Below the pieces are notes generated by a model. That model did no database searches. It was not told where the DNA came from and saw only the letters and a list, made by a program, of their open reading frames with translations. A DNA stretch of 63,987 nt, counting the filler, from Octopus bimaculoides (Eukaryota), in NCBI RefSeq assembly GCF_001194135.2. It is 8 parts of 8 records of this genome, joined end to end, with 100 filler letters (N's around TTAATTAATTAA, not from the genome) between each part and the next. Parts side by side here need not be neighbours in the genome. Positions count along the whole stretch, not along the records: positions 23,068 to 50,543 come from NC_068982.1; 7 more parts are not named here. One strand, 5' to 3'. This document shows, one piece after another, positions 26,479-39,682 of this stretch (its first letter is position 1; the number at the start of each line of letters is the position of its first letter). Position numbers and translations under genes: made by a program.

Positions 26479-27681
26479 GTGAATCATTCCACGTACAATT
26501 AGCGAGGTTAGACAATCAGCGACTACAACAATTTCATATATAATAACCGCAACTAGTTTTCTGTCTTTTCCTTCCGTGTTGGTCTATTTAATGTCAAAAT
26601 TTACTTCTTCCAGGTTAGGATTATCATGGCTTTCTTGAATAATGTGTTGCTATAGCTGGTCTTCTATCGCATTCCGACTTGTGGATATATTGTAAAAGAG
26701 ACCCACGAAATTCTTTGCCTAGCTCTTCAGAATATCTTCATTGTCACTGATTAAGGTAAATTCATCTTTAGAACAGAGAGAAGCAAGAGGTGGCAATGTC
26801 CATTTTGATGATATTTCTCTATTTTCTAATTATATATTCTTTCCAATTTCTATACTCCATAGCAATAGACACGTAAAAGTTTGTTTGATATTTTTGTTTG
26901 TATTTGTGACAATAAACAGGTGTAGATATAATGGGCACATTTTGCGCCTGCTTCTTGTCTATTAATCCCCAAGTAACTTTTACTTGACAACGCCAAATTG
27001 AATAGTATTGCCCAGATGTCAAAACCATAATGATATCTGTTAGGCAGCTGATGATGAATATATACATTTCTATGCTTGTAGAATGTGAGTTTTTGTATAT
27101 TGTGTTCTCGTGCTTCTGAGTTGCCTTTCATTGAAATTCTGATTCTCGTAGAGTTAAAGATCTTTAGGATTTCTTGGTTTTCTTGGTTTAAGGTGATTTC
27201 GCCATGTATATTATACCATATATTGAAATTGTGTGATTGTCCTTCATCCAGATTCTTATGCTAGCTAAAGTAATGGTTAGGGATTTCTAGTTTATGAACA
27301 TTCCTTTGCATATTATACAGGTGCGTTTGCGTGTGTGCATGTGCAAAAATATGAATATGCAATTATATTTTTCTTCAGTAACAAACAACCAGTGTTGAAT
27401 ATTATGGCCAATGACGTCAGCAAGCTTGTCAATATGACAAGTTATTGTGATGAGATTCCAAACTTCAAATTTTGTAGTAGAATCTGGCGTTTTTTTTCGT
27501 TTGTTTTTTTCTTCTCATCAGCTAAGATGTAGGTTAGTGAGATTCACAAGACAGGGCTTTTTATATTGCATTAACTGCGCAAATATTGGTGGGAATCATC
27601 ATGGACCTACAACTTTTGTTCATTGTCCGTAATTCTTAACAAGCGAGTATTGTTTTCTGAGCATATGATATTGAATACACA

Positions 27682-27796
<115 letters not shown>

Positions 27797-27906
27797 TACA
27801 TATATGCATACATATATATTTCAGTATATATGCGTAAGTGTGTGTGTGTGTGTGTGTGTATGTTGTAGCAGTGAGTTCGAATCCCACTAGAGATGATAAC
27901 TTTTGT

Positions 27907-28403
27907 AGGTACAGACATGGCTGTAAGAAGGATGCTTCCCAACCACATCTTTTGGGGGTTCAGTCTTAGTGCCCGGCACCTTGGGAAAGTGTTTTCGACT
28001 TATAGCCCTTGGCCGATAAAAGACTTGAGAGAAGATTTGGAAGCGGAAACTGAAAGAAGCCATTCGTATGTATGTGTGTGTGCGTGTGTATATCTGTCTG
28101 TCTTTGTCGGTGTGTGTGTGTGTGTGTGTTTGTGTCTGTGTGTTTGTCTGTCTGTGTTTGCCTTTTTTCCCCAGCACCGCTTGACAAGCGGTATTGGTTT
28201 GTTTACATCCCCGTGAATTAGCGTTTCGACAAAAGATTTCGATTGAATAAGTAGCATGATTAAAAACTAAGGACTGGAGTCGATACACTCGACTATCCTC
28301 TTCAAGGCGGTGCACCAGCATGGCCGCTGTCCAGACACTGGAAGAAGATAATATAGTGATGGCCCAGCATGGCCACAGTCAATTGACTGAAACAAGTAAA
28401 AGA
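27907..28403 (+). mobile_element. full-length SINE family B with internal (TG)n cassette
   Basis: Head, ..gaaagaagcc.ttcgtat, then (TG)n, then ccgcttgacaa..ggcggtgcaccagcatggcc..gactgaaacaagtaaaaga. Confidence 0.85.
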
Positions 28404-28439
28404 AAAAATATATATATCGTATTTTGTTATCTTATATTG

Positions 28440-28471
<32 letters not shown>

Positions 28472-28475
28472 TATA

Positions 28476-28785
28476 CAACGGGCTTCTTTCACAGTAGCAT
28501 AGCTAGCGTGTGAGCCGCCCGGGGGCGGCCCTAACGTTTCCTGACAGAAACACATATTGCCTACAGCAGACCCAAAAGTGCAGCCTGGTGCAGACCGCCC
28601 CTACCGCCCCCATCCCACTAAGCTACGCTAGTGTTCTTTCAGGTATCGTCTACCAAATCCACTCACAAGGTCTTGGTCGGCCCGAGGCTGTAGGAGAAGA
28701 AACTTGCTGAAGGTGCCACGTAATGGGACTGAACCAGTAACCATGTGGTTGGGAAATAAATCTCTTACCCCACAGCCACAACTGC
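28476..28785 (-). mobile_element. SINE family B, 5' half, carrying a nested MITE
   Basis: Aligns to 17714-17878 apart from the insertion at 28492-28633. Confidence 0.8.
28492..28633. mobile_element. hAT-type MITE (142 bp)
   Basis: 8-bp TSD TTCTTTCA (28484-28491, 28634-28641); TIRs CAGTAGCATAGCT / AGCTACGCTAGTG. Confidence 0.85.
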
Positions 28786-29066
28786 ATAAAAATATATTCA
28801 GATAATTAAAAATATTTGAGGTATACCCATATGTCTAAACGTATGTATATGTGTATGCATGTTTGTGTGTGTGTGAGTGCGCGTGTATAAAAGTGTCTAT
28901 ATAACACAATATGCTTAGAAAACAATACCCACTTGTTAAGAAATCACGGACAATGAACAGAAGTTGCAGGTCCATGATTCCCACCAATATTTGCGCACTT
29001 AATACAATATAAATGGCCAAACCTACATTCTGGCCGTAGTTGAAGTTAATGAATGTGACTCTAACA

Positions 29067-29356
29067 CAGTGGTTCCCAAAGTGGGCGGTACTGAGACACT
29101 AGGGGGCGGTGGATAGATCCAGAAGGGGCGCTGAAGAAAAGTGGAGGTGATAATGAGGTGGTGAAAAGGAGGCGAAGAATGTAAAAACAACAAAATGGTG
29201 TGTTAATTAGGGGTAAGTTTTATTTGTGAAATACAGTTGTTTTGAATTTGCTGCAGAAAGTGGTCTATATTTGTGGTGGTGAGTGGTATTGGAGATCTTA
29301 GGAATGTGGCTTGGGTGCTCAGAGGGTAGCAAACCGAATTTGTTTGGAAATCACTT
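29067..29356. mobile_element. hAT (Charlie-like) MITE (290 bp)
   Basis: 8-bp TSD CTCTAACA (29059-29066, 29357-29364), close to the Charlie NTCTAGAN preference; TIRs CAGTGGTTCCCAAA / TTTGGAAATCACTT. Confidence 0.85.
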
Positions 29357-29446
29357 CTCTAACAGGACATTGGCTAGGTATTTCTTATTCTTTCTTCTGA
29401 CCATAATGCAGAGGTATCACCAGATATTAATAAAATTTTTTGGGAG

Positions 29447-29484
<38 letters not shown>

Positions 29485-29869
29485 NNNNNNNNNNNNNNNN
29501 NNNNNNNNNNNNNNNNNNNNNNNNNNNNNNNNNNNNNNNNNNNNNNNNNNNNNNNNNNNNNNNNNNNNNNNNNNNNNNNNNNNNNNNNNNNNNNNNNNNN
29601 NNNNNNNNNNNNNNNNNNNNNNNNNNNNNNNNNNNNNNNNNNNNNNNNNNNNNNNNNNNNNNNNNNNNNNNNNNNNNNNNNNNNNNNNNNNNNNNNNNNN
29701 NNNNNNNNNNNNNNNNATACACACACGCACGCACACACACACATCAGTTGATGACGGCTAAGCACACCAAAACTTCGAAATTACCGCCAACACTATTCTT
29801 GTAAAGGAATTATATATATAGCATTGAAGGTGAACGTCGATATATATAAGTCTGTATTTTAACATCATT

Positions 29870-30600
29870 GCTTTATGATGCTGAATCTTGAGCCCTGTAT
29901 CGAAAGCACATCAATCAGCTTAACACTTTTCATATGCGACACTTGCGTACTCTCTCCATCATAAAACCGAGTGACCATATTCGTAACAGTGAGATGTTAA
30001 CAAACTGCAACATATCAAGCATTGACGCCATCCTCATCAAAATACAGCTTAGATGGCCAGGTCATGTCATTTCTAACGTATGAGTGATATCAGAATTCCG
30101 CAGTAACTTCTCTTTGGCTAATTCCCAACAGGAAGGTCAGTTGGAAGGTCACTCTTGCGCTTCAAAGATTAAAAATAAAAACAATCTGAAGCGATGCAAA
30201 TTTCCCTTTTCTTCTTGGGACAACAAAGCATCAGTACGCAAAACATGGCGCCAGTCCTGCTACTCCTTAGTTCAAGGATTTGAGCAAAGTTGACTCCAAC
30301 ATCGGGACCAACTTCGTGCAAGCATGGAAGCATGCTGGCAAGACGCTAGCCCTCTATATGGAAACCTTACCTCTCATTGTGGTTTTGTGGCAAAGAAGCA
30401 AAACAGGCCTTGCGTCCACTCAAGAAAACACATAGTAAATGATCCACAAGAACTCGAGTAGATTGCGTCCTCAGCTTGTTCACTTTGCCAAAAGATTTTC
30501 AAGGCATCAGCAGGTCTCATGAGACACATTCGTGTCCACAGAACATGATTACCCCTTTATTTTACTGAACCCTCATTTGCCGTTCACTACGAGAGAATCC
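29870..30600 (+). mobile_element. 5'-truncated RTE (BovB-like) LINE: RT C-terminus and C2H2 finger
   Basis: Translates as ES*ALYRKHINQLNTFHMRHLR..IDAILIKIQLRWPGHV..WRQSC and CSLCQKIFKASAGLMRHIRVHRT* (stop 30546-30548); several stops and frameshifts. Confidence 0.85.
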
Positions 30601-30715
30601 ATCATATGTATGATGCATGCATGCGTATGTCTGTGTGTGTGTGCATATGTATGTATGTATGCATGTATGTATGTATGTATGTATGTATATATGTATGTAT
30701 GTATGTATGTATGTA

Positions 30716-31500
30716 CGAGGTTAGGCTGGGAAGTTCATAGGCCGACTATGAAGGAGTGATGCTAGAGCTGTGAAATCTTGCATGCGTTAATTTCAACTTT
30801 TCTTATTAATAACTGCATTGTTTCTTTCCAGGTAAACTGATAGGTTACTGCTCAAAGAAGACTACAAAAGTAACTAGTAGTAACTTCTCTTCAAAATGGA
30901 CAAAATTTGTCATGGTGTTGCAATCAAGTATCTGCAGTAAAAGGCTTTAAGCCCTAACGACATTCATGCTGACACCGTTGCTATATTAGGAGATGACGCT
31001 CCAGCTTTAAGCTACAGGCTGAATTTAGGAGGGAAGGGAGAGTGTTGGAAATGACACAAGATAAACGTCCTACAACTGTACCATCGAGGAAAACATTGAT
31101 TGTGTTCACCACATGCTGGTGGATGACAGGCGATTGAGTATAAATCAAATAGCCATTGCTATTAGCATTTCCCGTGAGAGAATTGAGAACATTCTGCTCA
31201 ATGACCTTGGCATGACGAAGGTTTCTGCTCGACGGGATCCACGTCTTCTAAGACCTGAAGAAAAGCGCGCCAAGCTGAGCACATCACGGCAAAATATGAC
31301 ATCGTTTGAGACAGATCAAGCTGGTTTCCTTGAACGTCTCCTAAGCCAGGGTGAGTGTTGGATTCAGCCAGAGACAAAGAGACATTCCACAAAGTAGAAA
31401 CATCCCTCTTCCCCAGCTCCAAAGAATGCCAACGTCGTTTCATCTGCAGGAAAAGTGATAGCCTCAGTTTTTGGGTATACAAAAGACATTGTGTTTATTG
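30716..31500 (+). mobile_element. mariner transposon relic (5' TIR and partial transposase)
   Basis: TA plus cgaggttaggctgggaagttcataggccgac; ATG at 30896 gives MDKICHGVAIKYL..DRRLSINQIA..GMTKVSAR..PRLL..SAGKVIASVF. Inserted at the end of a (TATG)n run. Confidence 0.9.
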
Positions 31501-31885
31501 AAAGGGTTATGGAAAGTTTCCGTTTCAAAATATTCTTAAAGGAACGAAAAATTATCCAGCAACTCAGGCTAATACGAACGAGCCTGGTATGTGTAAAAGA
31601 CTAACTAGCATCTCATGTCAAGAGTACAGACTGATGTTTGTTGTGCACTCCGCTGTCATTATTTGATTGCAGTTATTCTGTGCATCTGTGTGTAAAGATC
31701 AGTTGTGTTTTGCAGCGTTGATTTATTTTTACTCTTAACTTAGAAATGGAGAAAGACATAGTGCTAGGTATAAAAAAATTAGCCATTTGGGGCTAGAAAT
31801 GAAGCGGAAAAACGTGAAATTCTTCGAGTGTCATGCGAAATCTGTGATGAGCCCGAGTGACGCTGATGACCTGCAATCGCATCTG

Positions 31886-31916
<31 letters not shown>

Positions 31917-31939
31917 TGTATGTATGTGTGTATGTAAGT

Positions 31940-32105
31940 AGGCGCAGGCGTGGCTGTGTGGTAAGAAGCTTGCTTCCAACCACATTGTTCTGGGTTCAGT
32001 CTTACTGCGTGGCACCTTCAGCAAGTATCTCCTACTATAGCGCCGGGCCGACCAAAGCCTTGTGAGTGGATTTGGTAGACGGAAACTGAAAGAAGCCCGT
32101 CGTAT
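31940..32105 (+). mobile_element. SINE family B, 5' half running into (TA)n and a gap
   Basis: aggcgcaggcgtggctgtgtggtaagaagcttgcttcc..ggaaactgaaagaagcccgtcgtata. Confidence 0.85.
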
Positions 32106-34314
32106 ACATACTTACATATATATATATGTATGTATTTGTATATGTATATATATATATATATATATNNNNNNNNNNNNNNNNNNNNNNNNNNNNNNNNNNN
32201 NNNNNNNNNNNNNNNNNNNNNNNNNNNNNNNNNNNNNNNNNNNNNNNNNNNNNNNNNNNNNNNNNNNNNNNNNNNNNNNNNNNNNNNNNNNNNNNNNNNN
32301 NNNNNNNNNNNNNNNNNNNNNNNNNNNNNNNNNNNNNNNNNNNNNNNNNNNNNNNNNNNNNNNNNNNNNNNNNNNNNNNNNNNNNNNNNNNNNNNNNNNN
32401 NNNNNNNNNNNNNNNNNNNNNNNNNNNNNNNNNNNNNNNNNNNNNNNNNNNNNNNNNNNNNNNNNNNNNNNNNNNNNNNNNNNNNNNNNNNNNNNNNNNN
32501 NNNNNNNNNNNNNNNNNNNNNNNNNNNNNNNNNNNNNNNNNNNNNNNNNNNNNNNNNNNNNNNNNNNNNNNNNNNNNNNNNNNNNNNNNNNNNNNNNNNN
32601 NNNNNNNNNNNNNNNNNNNNNNNNNNNNNNNNNNNNNNNNNNNNNNNNNNNNNNNNNNNNNNNNNNNNNNNNNNNNNNNNNNNNNNNNNNNNNNNNNNNN
32701 NNNNNNNNNNNNNNNNNNNNNNNNNNNNNNNNNNNNNNNNNNNNNNNNNNNNNNNNNNNNNNNNNNNNNNNNNNNNNNNNNNNNNNNNNNNNNNNNNNNN
32801 NNNNNNNNNNNNNNNNNNNNNNNNNNNNNNNNNNNNNNNNNNNNNNNNNNNNNNNNNNNNNNNNNNNNNNNNNNNNNNNNNNNNNNNNNNNNNNNNNNNN
32901 NNNNNNNNNNNNNNNNNNNNNNNNNNNNNNNNNNNNNNNNNNNNNNNNNNNNNNNNNNNNNNNNNNNNNNNNNNNNNNNNNNNNNNNNNNNNNNNNNNNN
33001 NNNNNNNNNNNNNNNNNNTAATAGAGTAAGTATCAGGTTTTAAAAAAGAAAAAAAAAACAAGTATTGAGGTCGAATCATTCAAATAAAATCCTTCAATGC
33101 AGTGTCTGGGTCTAGTTGGTTTGAGGAATTAAAGTTTATCGAAAATTTTAAAATTCGACACATTAATATACTTTTCCACGCTGAATTGCTGGACTTATAA
33201 AAGTTTAAAGTTTGATCATTTCCACCCATTCAGTAAACAAGATTTAGAATCTGTCATTTTGTGCGTGATTGCATGTGTTGTCAACGTTCTGAAAATAGCA
33301 CGTGTTTTTATATGAAACTGTAAACAAATCAAATTCTGCTTAACGCTTGACATATAACCCCTCATAACTTTTTTTAAAATTTGGAATTTTCAGCAAAACT
33401 TTGTGAATTTGTACTCTACACACGGGAATTCATACGATTATGCAAGAAAATTTTTTAATGGGGAGCGGGGCGTGATTTGAGGCCTATTTAGCTGTTGTTT
33501 TTAGCATATCTCATGACCAGGGTACAAGCAACAGAACACAGCATCAACGCACGTGGCATCGCGTAGAATACGTGCTTTCTCGCTGACAAAAGAATTCTCA
33601 TGTTTGGCTTGTTAGAAATGGAAACAGGCATGAATGTGTCTATGGCTTACGACTGGCGAAAATTACCCAAAATTTTCAAACTTTAATTGCTACTTTCTAT
33701 TGATTTATAGCGAAAATGATTTTCACGTCATTCATTAGCCTATAAAAGTGTATTATTACACTGAATATAAAATCAGTTTGAAAACAGAAAATGATGCTAG
33801 CAACCAAACCAATTAGATCCCAGTGCCCCAGCTTGGCCGCAATCAAATGACTGAAACATAAAAGTTTAACGATACATACACACACAAACACACACATAGA
33901 GACATTCATACTTACATGCACATTTACAAACACCCATGCATACATTTATCACAAACACACACACACACACACGTACACACTATAGTACAGAGTATATATA
34001 ATATTGTAACGGTAAATATAAAAACAAAATCGAGCACGTGGTTGTAGTAAATCAGCATCAGAAAGATAGTGGTCATGTGAAATGATATATTTCAATAGCA
34101 GAAATAAAGGCGGGAAAGTATTCGTAATATGTAAAGTATCAGTTAAAGTGTCAAACCTAGTAATAAGGAGTATAATACACGGCTATAAGCTGCTGTACAT
34201 ATCACTAGATGATGTAGGCCAATGACTGCTGTAGCATGTAGGCTTAAATCTCATGCTGGCTTGTATATGATTCTCTGTATGTATATTTGCGCATGTGTGT
34301 ATACACACACACGC

Positions 34315-34351
<37 letters not shown>

Positions 34352-34357
34352 AACATA

Positions 34358-34389
<32 letters not shown>

Positions 34390-34622
34390 CGTTTATAGGT
34401 AGATAGATACATACATACACATGTGTGTGTATATATATATACGTCGAAACGCCGGTGTTAAAACGTGGGTGGCTGATGAAGGAGAATGTTCTCTATGTGG
34501 CTCGTGTGTTCTCGTCTACGTTTGTTTGCAATGTCCTGTACCCAGATATGCACCTATACATACAGGTGGATGTCGGTATGCACATACCTGTACGTATATA
34601 TGCATATACTCATTTACTATTT

Positions 34623-34687
<65 letters not shown>

Positions 34688-34922
34688 ATGTATGTATAGT
34701 TATACACACATACACACACATGTACGTACACACATGGTCAGATTAAAGAGAACTTTAAGGTAGCTATCCGTCTATCCATCTATCTATCCATCAATCTATC
34801 TATCCGACTGTCTATCATCTCTCTCTCTCTCTCTCTCCTTGTATATATATAGATATGCATGTGTGTGTATATATATGTATGTGTATGTGTGTGTATATAG
34901 ATAGATAGAGAGATAGATAGAG

Positions 34923-34974
<52 letters not shown>

Positions 34975-35190
34975 TGTGTCTGTGTCTATGCTTGTCCACC
35001 CGCCATCCCTTGACAACCGATGCTGTTGTGTTTCTGTCCCCGTAACGTAGCGGTTCGGCAAATAAAAAAAAACGATAGAATAAGTACTATGCTTATAAAG
35101 AATAAGCCCTGGGGTCGATTTCTTCGACTAACACCCTTTAAGGCGTTGTTCCAGCATGGCCGCAGTCAAATGACAGAAACAAGTAAAGAA
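34975..35190 (+). mobile_element. SINE family B, 3' half
   Basis: cttgacaaccgatgct..gtaacgtagcggttcggc..ggggtcgatt..ccagcatggccgcagtcaaatgacagaaacaagtaaaga. Confidence 0.85.
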
Positions 35191-35193
35191 TAT

Positions 35194-35598
35194 GCGCAGG
35201 AGTGGCTGGTCAAGAAATAAAGTAGCTTGCTTACCAACCACATGGTTCCGGGTTCAGTCCCACTGCGGAGCACCTTGGGCAAGTGTTTTCCACTATAGCC
35301 CTCGTGCCGACCAAAGCCTTGTGAGTGGATTTGGTAGAGGAAACTGAACAGAAGCCCGTCGTATATATGTATATGTATATATGTCTGCGTTTGTGTCTGT
35401 TTGCCCCCCACCTACTCACTCAACATCGCTTGACAACCGATGCTGGTGTGTTTACGTCCCAGTAAGCTAGCATTTCGGCAAAGGGGACGGAAAGAGTAAG
35501 TACTAGGCTTACGAAGAATAAGTCCTAGGGTCGATTTGTTCGACTAAAGGCGGTGCTTCAGCATGTCCACAGTCAACTGACTGAAACAAGTAAAAGAG
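35194..35598 (+). mobile_element. full-length SINE family B
   Basis: Head gcgcaggagtggctg..gggttcagtccc through tail ..gactgaaacaagtaaaaga; lies head-to-tail with the previous copy. Confidence 0.9.
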
Positions 35599-35661
35599 TA
35601 ATATATATATACACATACACACACTCACGTACACATACACACACACTCATATAATACACAG

Positions 35662-35694
<33 letters not shown>

Positions 35695-35820
35695 TGTGTG
35701 TGTGTGATGGAATATCCCGTTGAAAACAACGTATGAGCTGTTCAGCTTTTGCTAAAGGGGTCTGTCTGTATGTATGTATGTATGCATGTATACATACACA
35801 CACCCACACATATATATATA

Positions 35821-35862
<42 letters not shown>

Positions 35863-36098
35863 NNNNNNNNNNNNNNNNNNNNNNNNNNNNNNNNNNNNNN
35901 NNNNNNNNNNNNNNNNNNNNNNNNNNNNNNNNNNNNNNNNNNNNNNNNNNNNNNNNNNNNNNNNNNNNNNNNNNNNNNNNNNNNNNNNNNNNNNNNNNNN
36001 NNNNNNNNNNNNNNNNNNNNNNNNNNNNNNNNNNNNNNNNNNNNNNNNNNNNNNNNNNNNNNNNNNNNNNNNNNNNNNNNNNNNNNNNNNNNNNNNNN

Positions 36099-36135
<37 letters not shown>

Positions 36136-36437
36136 CTTGTGTGTGTGTGTGTATACATAGATGTATGACGTATGTATTTATGTATGAGCATGTATTTGTG
36201 TTTGTCCTTATCCACATATCGCATGACAACTAGTGTTGCTTTCTTTACGGCCCCGTAACGTAACGGTTCGACAAATACGACCGACAGCACAAGTACCAGG
36301 ATCGATTTGTTCGACTAAACGCTTCAAGGCCACAGTCCACCAACGACTGAGACAAGCAGAAAATGAAGCTTGCATCGTCGATACTGACGTTGATCCGCTC
36401 CTCATTCTCTCTCGCTTTCTCTCTCTATCTATTTCTC

Positions 36438-36468
<31 letters not shown>

Positions 36469-36744
36469 GTTTTCTCATTTGTATAAAGATAACCCAATTA
36501 TTTTATATGCTTTGAAGATGACAGTACGCATGGACATGTTCTATCTACGTTTTTCTCTGTTTTGTTTCTTTTTCTTTATTTGGTTATACTACTACTTTTC
36601 TTTTTAATTCTAGTTCACTTGGTGAGCAATCGTCTATTGAAATTGTATTTTACAAAAGACGCACACAAAAAGTAAAAACAAATATAAAAACCAGTCGAGG
36701 GCTATTGAAGTTGTAATGGGCGGACCCGGCCGAAAACGGTACAA

Positions 36745-36779
<35 letters not shown>

Positions 36780-37487
36780 CACACATACATACACACATAC
36801 ACACACACGCACACAGGCAAACAAACACACACACATAGAGATTCGTACACACACAGAGGTACATACACAAACATATACACATACACACACACATACAAAT
36901 ATAACAAGAGAGAGACAAAAAGACAAAAAGAAAAACAACCACATATACAGACAAAAAGAGAGGCAGAAAGACAGACGTAAAAGGATTGAAAGAGAGAGAG
37001 AATTATTGAAGGAAAAACGGGGAGGAAAGGAAGGTGAATTTATGTAAATGTGAAAGCAGAAATTCCCACACCTATAATAAATTTTCGCGGCAAAATTCAG
37101 AAGTGGACCACGTGCTTTCTGCTATAATTTGTGTTTATTTCGGTAGTGGAAAAAACAACATTTTATATTATTTAACTATCCTTTCATAGAGACAATTAAA
37201 TATATGAGGTGNNNNNNNNNNNNNNNNNNNNNNNNNNNNNNNNNNNNNNNNNNNNNNNNNNNNNNNNNNNNNNNNNNNNNNNNNNNNNNNNNNNNNNNNN
37301 NNNNNNNNNNNNNNNNNNNNNNNNNNNNNNNNNNNNNNNNNNNNNNNNNNNNNNNNNNNNNNNNNNNNNNNNNNNNNNNNNNNNNNNNNNNNNNNNNNNN
37401 NNNNNNNNNNNNNNNNNNNNNNNNNNNNNNNNNNNNNNNNNNNNNNNNNNNNNNNNNNNNNNNNNNNNNNNNNNNNNNNNNNNNNNN

Positions 37488-37553
37488 GCAGTCAAATCCT
37501 GACTCTAAAAACCACAATTATTATTGTGGTTTTTACAGTCAGGATTTGACTGC
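37488..37553. repeat. near-perfect hairpin (31-bp arms, one mismatch, 4-nt loop), probably the centre of a palindromic MITE
   Basis: gcagtcaaatcctgactctaaaaaccacaat-tatt-attgtggtttttacagtcaggatttgactgc; gataccctgta nearby resembles a Tc1-type end. Confidence 0.85.
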
Positions 37554-37802
37554 TATTTTTTCAGCGTGGCGGTATCTCTTGATACCCTGTATTATAATTT
37601 TAAATAATTTTAAATAATTTTATATATATATAGATATATATATGTGTGTGTATATATATAATGTATGTATGTATTTATATATAAATTCAATAATGGGATA
37701 AAAATCTTTTATAAGAATTTTATCAGGAAGCTAGTGTGTAAAACATTCATAAGGGAAATTTCTATTCCCAAGAATATAATTATTCGTTTCTATTTATATA
37801 AG

Positions 37803-37858
37803 GGCATTACTACAGAATAATGCCACACACTAGACTTTATTTGGAAAGTCTAGTGTGT
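37803..37858. repeat. twin hairpins ending at CTAG-T (Helitron-like 3' end candidate)
   Basis: GGCATTA/TAATGCC (7 bp) is followed immediately by ACACACTAGACTTT/AAAGTCTAGTGTGT (14 bp, perfect). Confidence 0.5.
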
Positions 37859-38624
37859 GTATTTATATATATATATAGAAAGAGAGACACAGACACAGAG
37901 AGAGATATGTGTATGTATATATATATATTTTTTTATATGTTTCAGACCACAGCCTTCAACAGTTTTAATCGAAGAAATCGACCCTAGGAAATCCAGTACT
38001 TATTCTATCGTATCGTTTTGTCGAAAAGCTAGGTTACGGGTCATAAACGCACCAACATTGGTTATCAAGCGATGGTGCGAGGATAACACAGACACGATGA
38101 CACACACACGCCCCCACACACAAACACAAACATACATGTATGTTTGTATGTATGTATGTATGTATGTATGTATGTATGTGTATATATATGTATGTATGTA
38201 TATATGTATTATATATATGATATAAATAATATATATATATGCATATATCTATATAAATATGTGTGTGTGTGTATGTGTGCGTGTGTGTATACATATATAG
38301 GTACAGGACGTCACCAACTATGTAAACAACATGAAATATGAAAACAAATGAGTTAAATACGCAAACAACGAGGGAGAAAATGGAAAACAGGATAAGTAAC
38401 ACAAAGAACGACCCTTCATCAGTTGTCGGCTGTCTATCTACTCCGCTTTTCGATCATTCAACGACAATATGAGTCTTCGAAGACAGTTGCTACCGTAAAA
38501 TCCCAAATAATATTTTGGATTTATGGAGGGTCAAAGTTAGGAACACAAACAGGATGGTAGAGACATACAAGGAAACCGAACGGAAACAAATATTGAGGGT
38601 CGTTAGACCAGAACGAATATATAC

Positions 38625-38696
<72 letters not shown>

Positions 38697-39014
38697 TTAG
38701 GGACAAAATCCCTAAAACTATATATATTTTATATATATATAATTTATTAAAGTGGCTGGTCGCAATTTAAAACCAAAAGGCAGAAGTACAAAATGTCAGA
38801 GTGACTAAGGATGCAAGCGTTGCTAGAAATAAGAATCAAGACAACTCTTAGCCAAGAACGGAGCATTTTCTGTTCAAAGAGCACTATCGATTGACTGACA
38901 GGAGAGACAACCTCCCCACAACAAGCGAGGGCGCCAGATCATCGGGGGATTTTGGATCGAATTAATCTTCATCGATCTGCAGCATCAGCGTCAAGCAATA
39001 TTTATTCATAAGCG

Positions 39015-39400
39015 AACTGGTTCCGGGTTCAGGCCTACAGCGTGGTATCTTCCTCTATAGGTATCGGGTTGATAAAAGCCTCGTGCGTGGATTTGGTAGA
39101 CAGACACTAAAAGAAGCCCGTCGTAAATATATGTACGTATGTATGTATGTATGCATGTATGTATGAATGTGTATGCGCACACGCGTGTTAGTGTCTGCGT
39201 GTATCTTTATGCCTGTGTTTGTCCCCCCTCCATCACAGGTGTTAGTGTTTCCGTCTCTGTAAGTTAGCGGTTCGAGAAAGTGACCGGTAGAATAAGTACT
39301 AGGCTTAAAAAATAAGTCCTGGGATTGATTTGTTTGATTAACACTCTTCAGGACCGTGCTCCAGTAATGCCGCTGTCGAATGACAGGAACATGTAAGAGA
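39015..39400 (+). mobile_element. SINE family B (diverged) with internal (TATG)n
   Basis: ggttccgggttcag..gtggatttggtagac..aagaagcccgtcgt, then microsatellite, then gaataagtactaggctt..gacaggaacatgtaaga. Confidence 0.8.
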
Positions 39401-39682
39401 ATAAAAGAATTACCATAGAAAAGAATTATCTTTTACGGTGAAAAAAAAAAGGTGGAAAAACACGATATTTGTCCAGTGCTATCCACTGTTGGACTCCCAG
39501 ACGCGTTTCTAACTCTTTAGTCGTTATCAATGGGAAATACCGAAGAGAGGCAACTCTGGACAGACTTAATTAAAACCGTTATCTAAAATACAGTCAGCAA
39601 CATAGACTGAGCTGATCTGTGGGTGAATATATATGTGTATACGTATACAAATGTTTGTATATGTGAATGTATAGTATTAGGT

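Noticed and set aside
26560-27300. Possible Penelope GIY-YIG / RT remnant with a damaged CTGAAGAGC core on the minus strand
   Set aside because: The motifs are too degenerate to support by eye; a profile search is needed.
34446-38451. GAAA..CTGATGA in permuted (type II hammerhead) order at 34446-34479 (+) and 38416-38451 (-)
   Set aside because: Stems I and II could not be closed in either copy, so a type II ribozyme is not supported.
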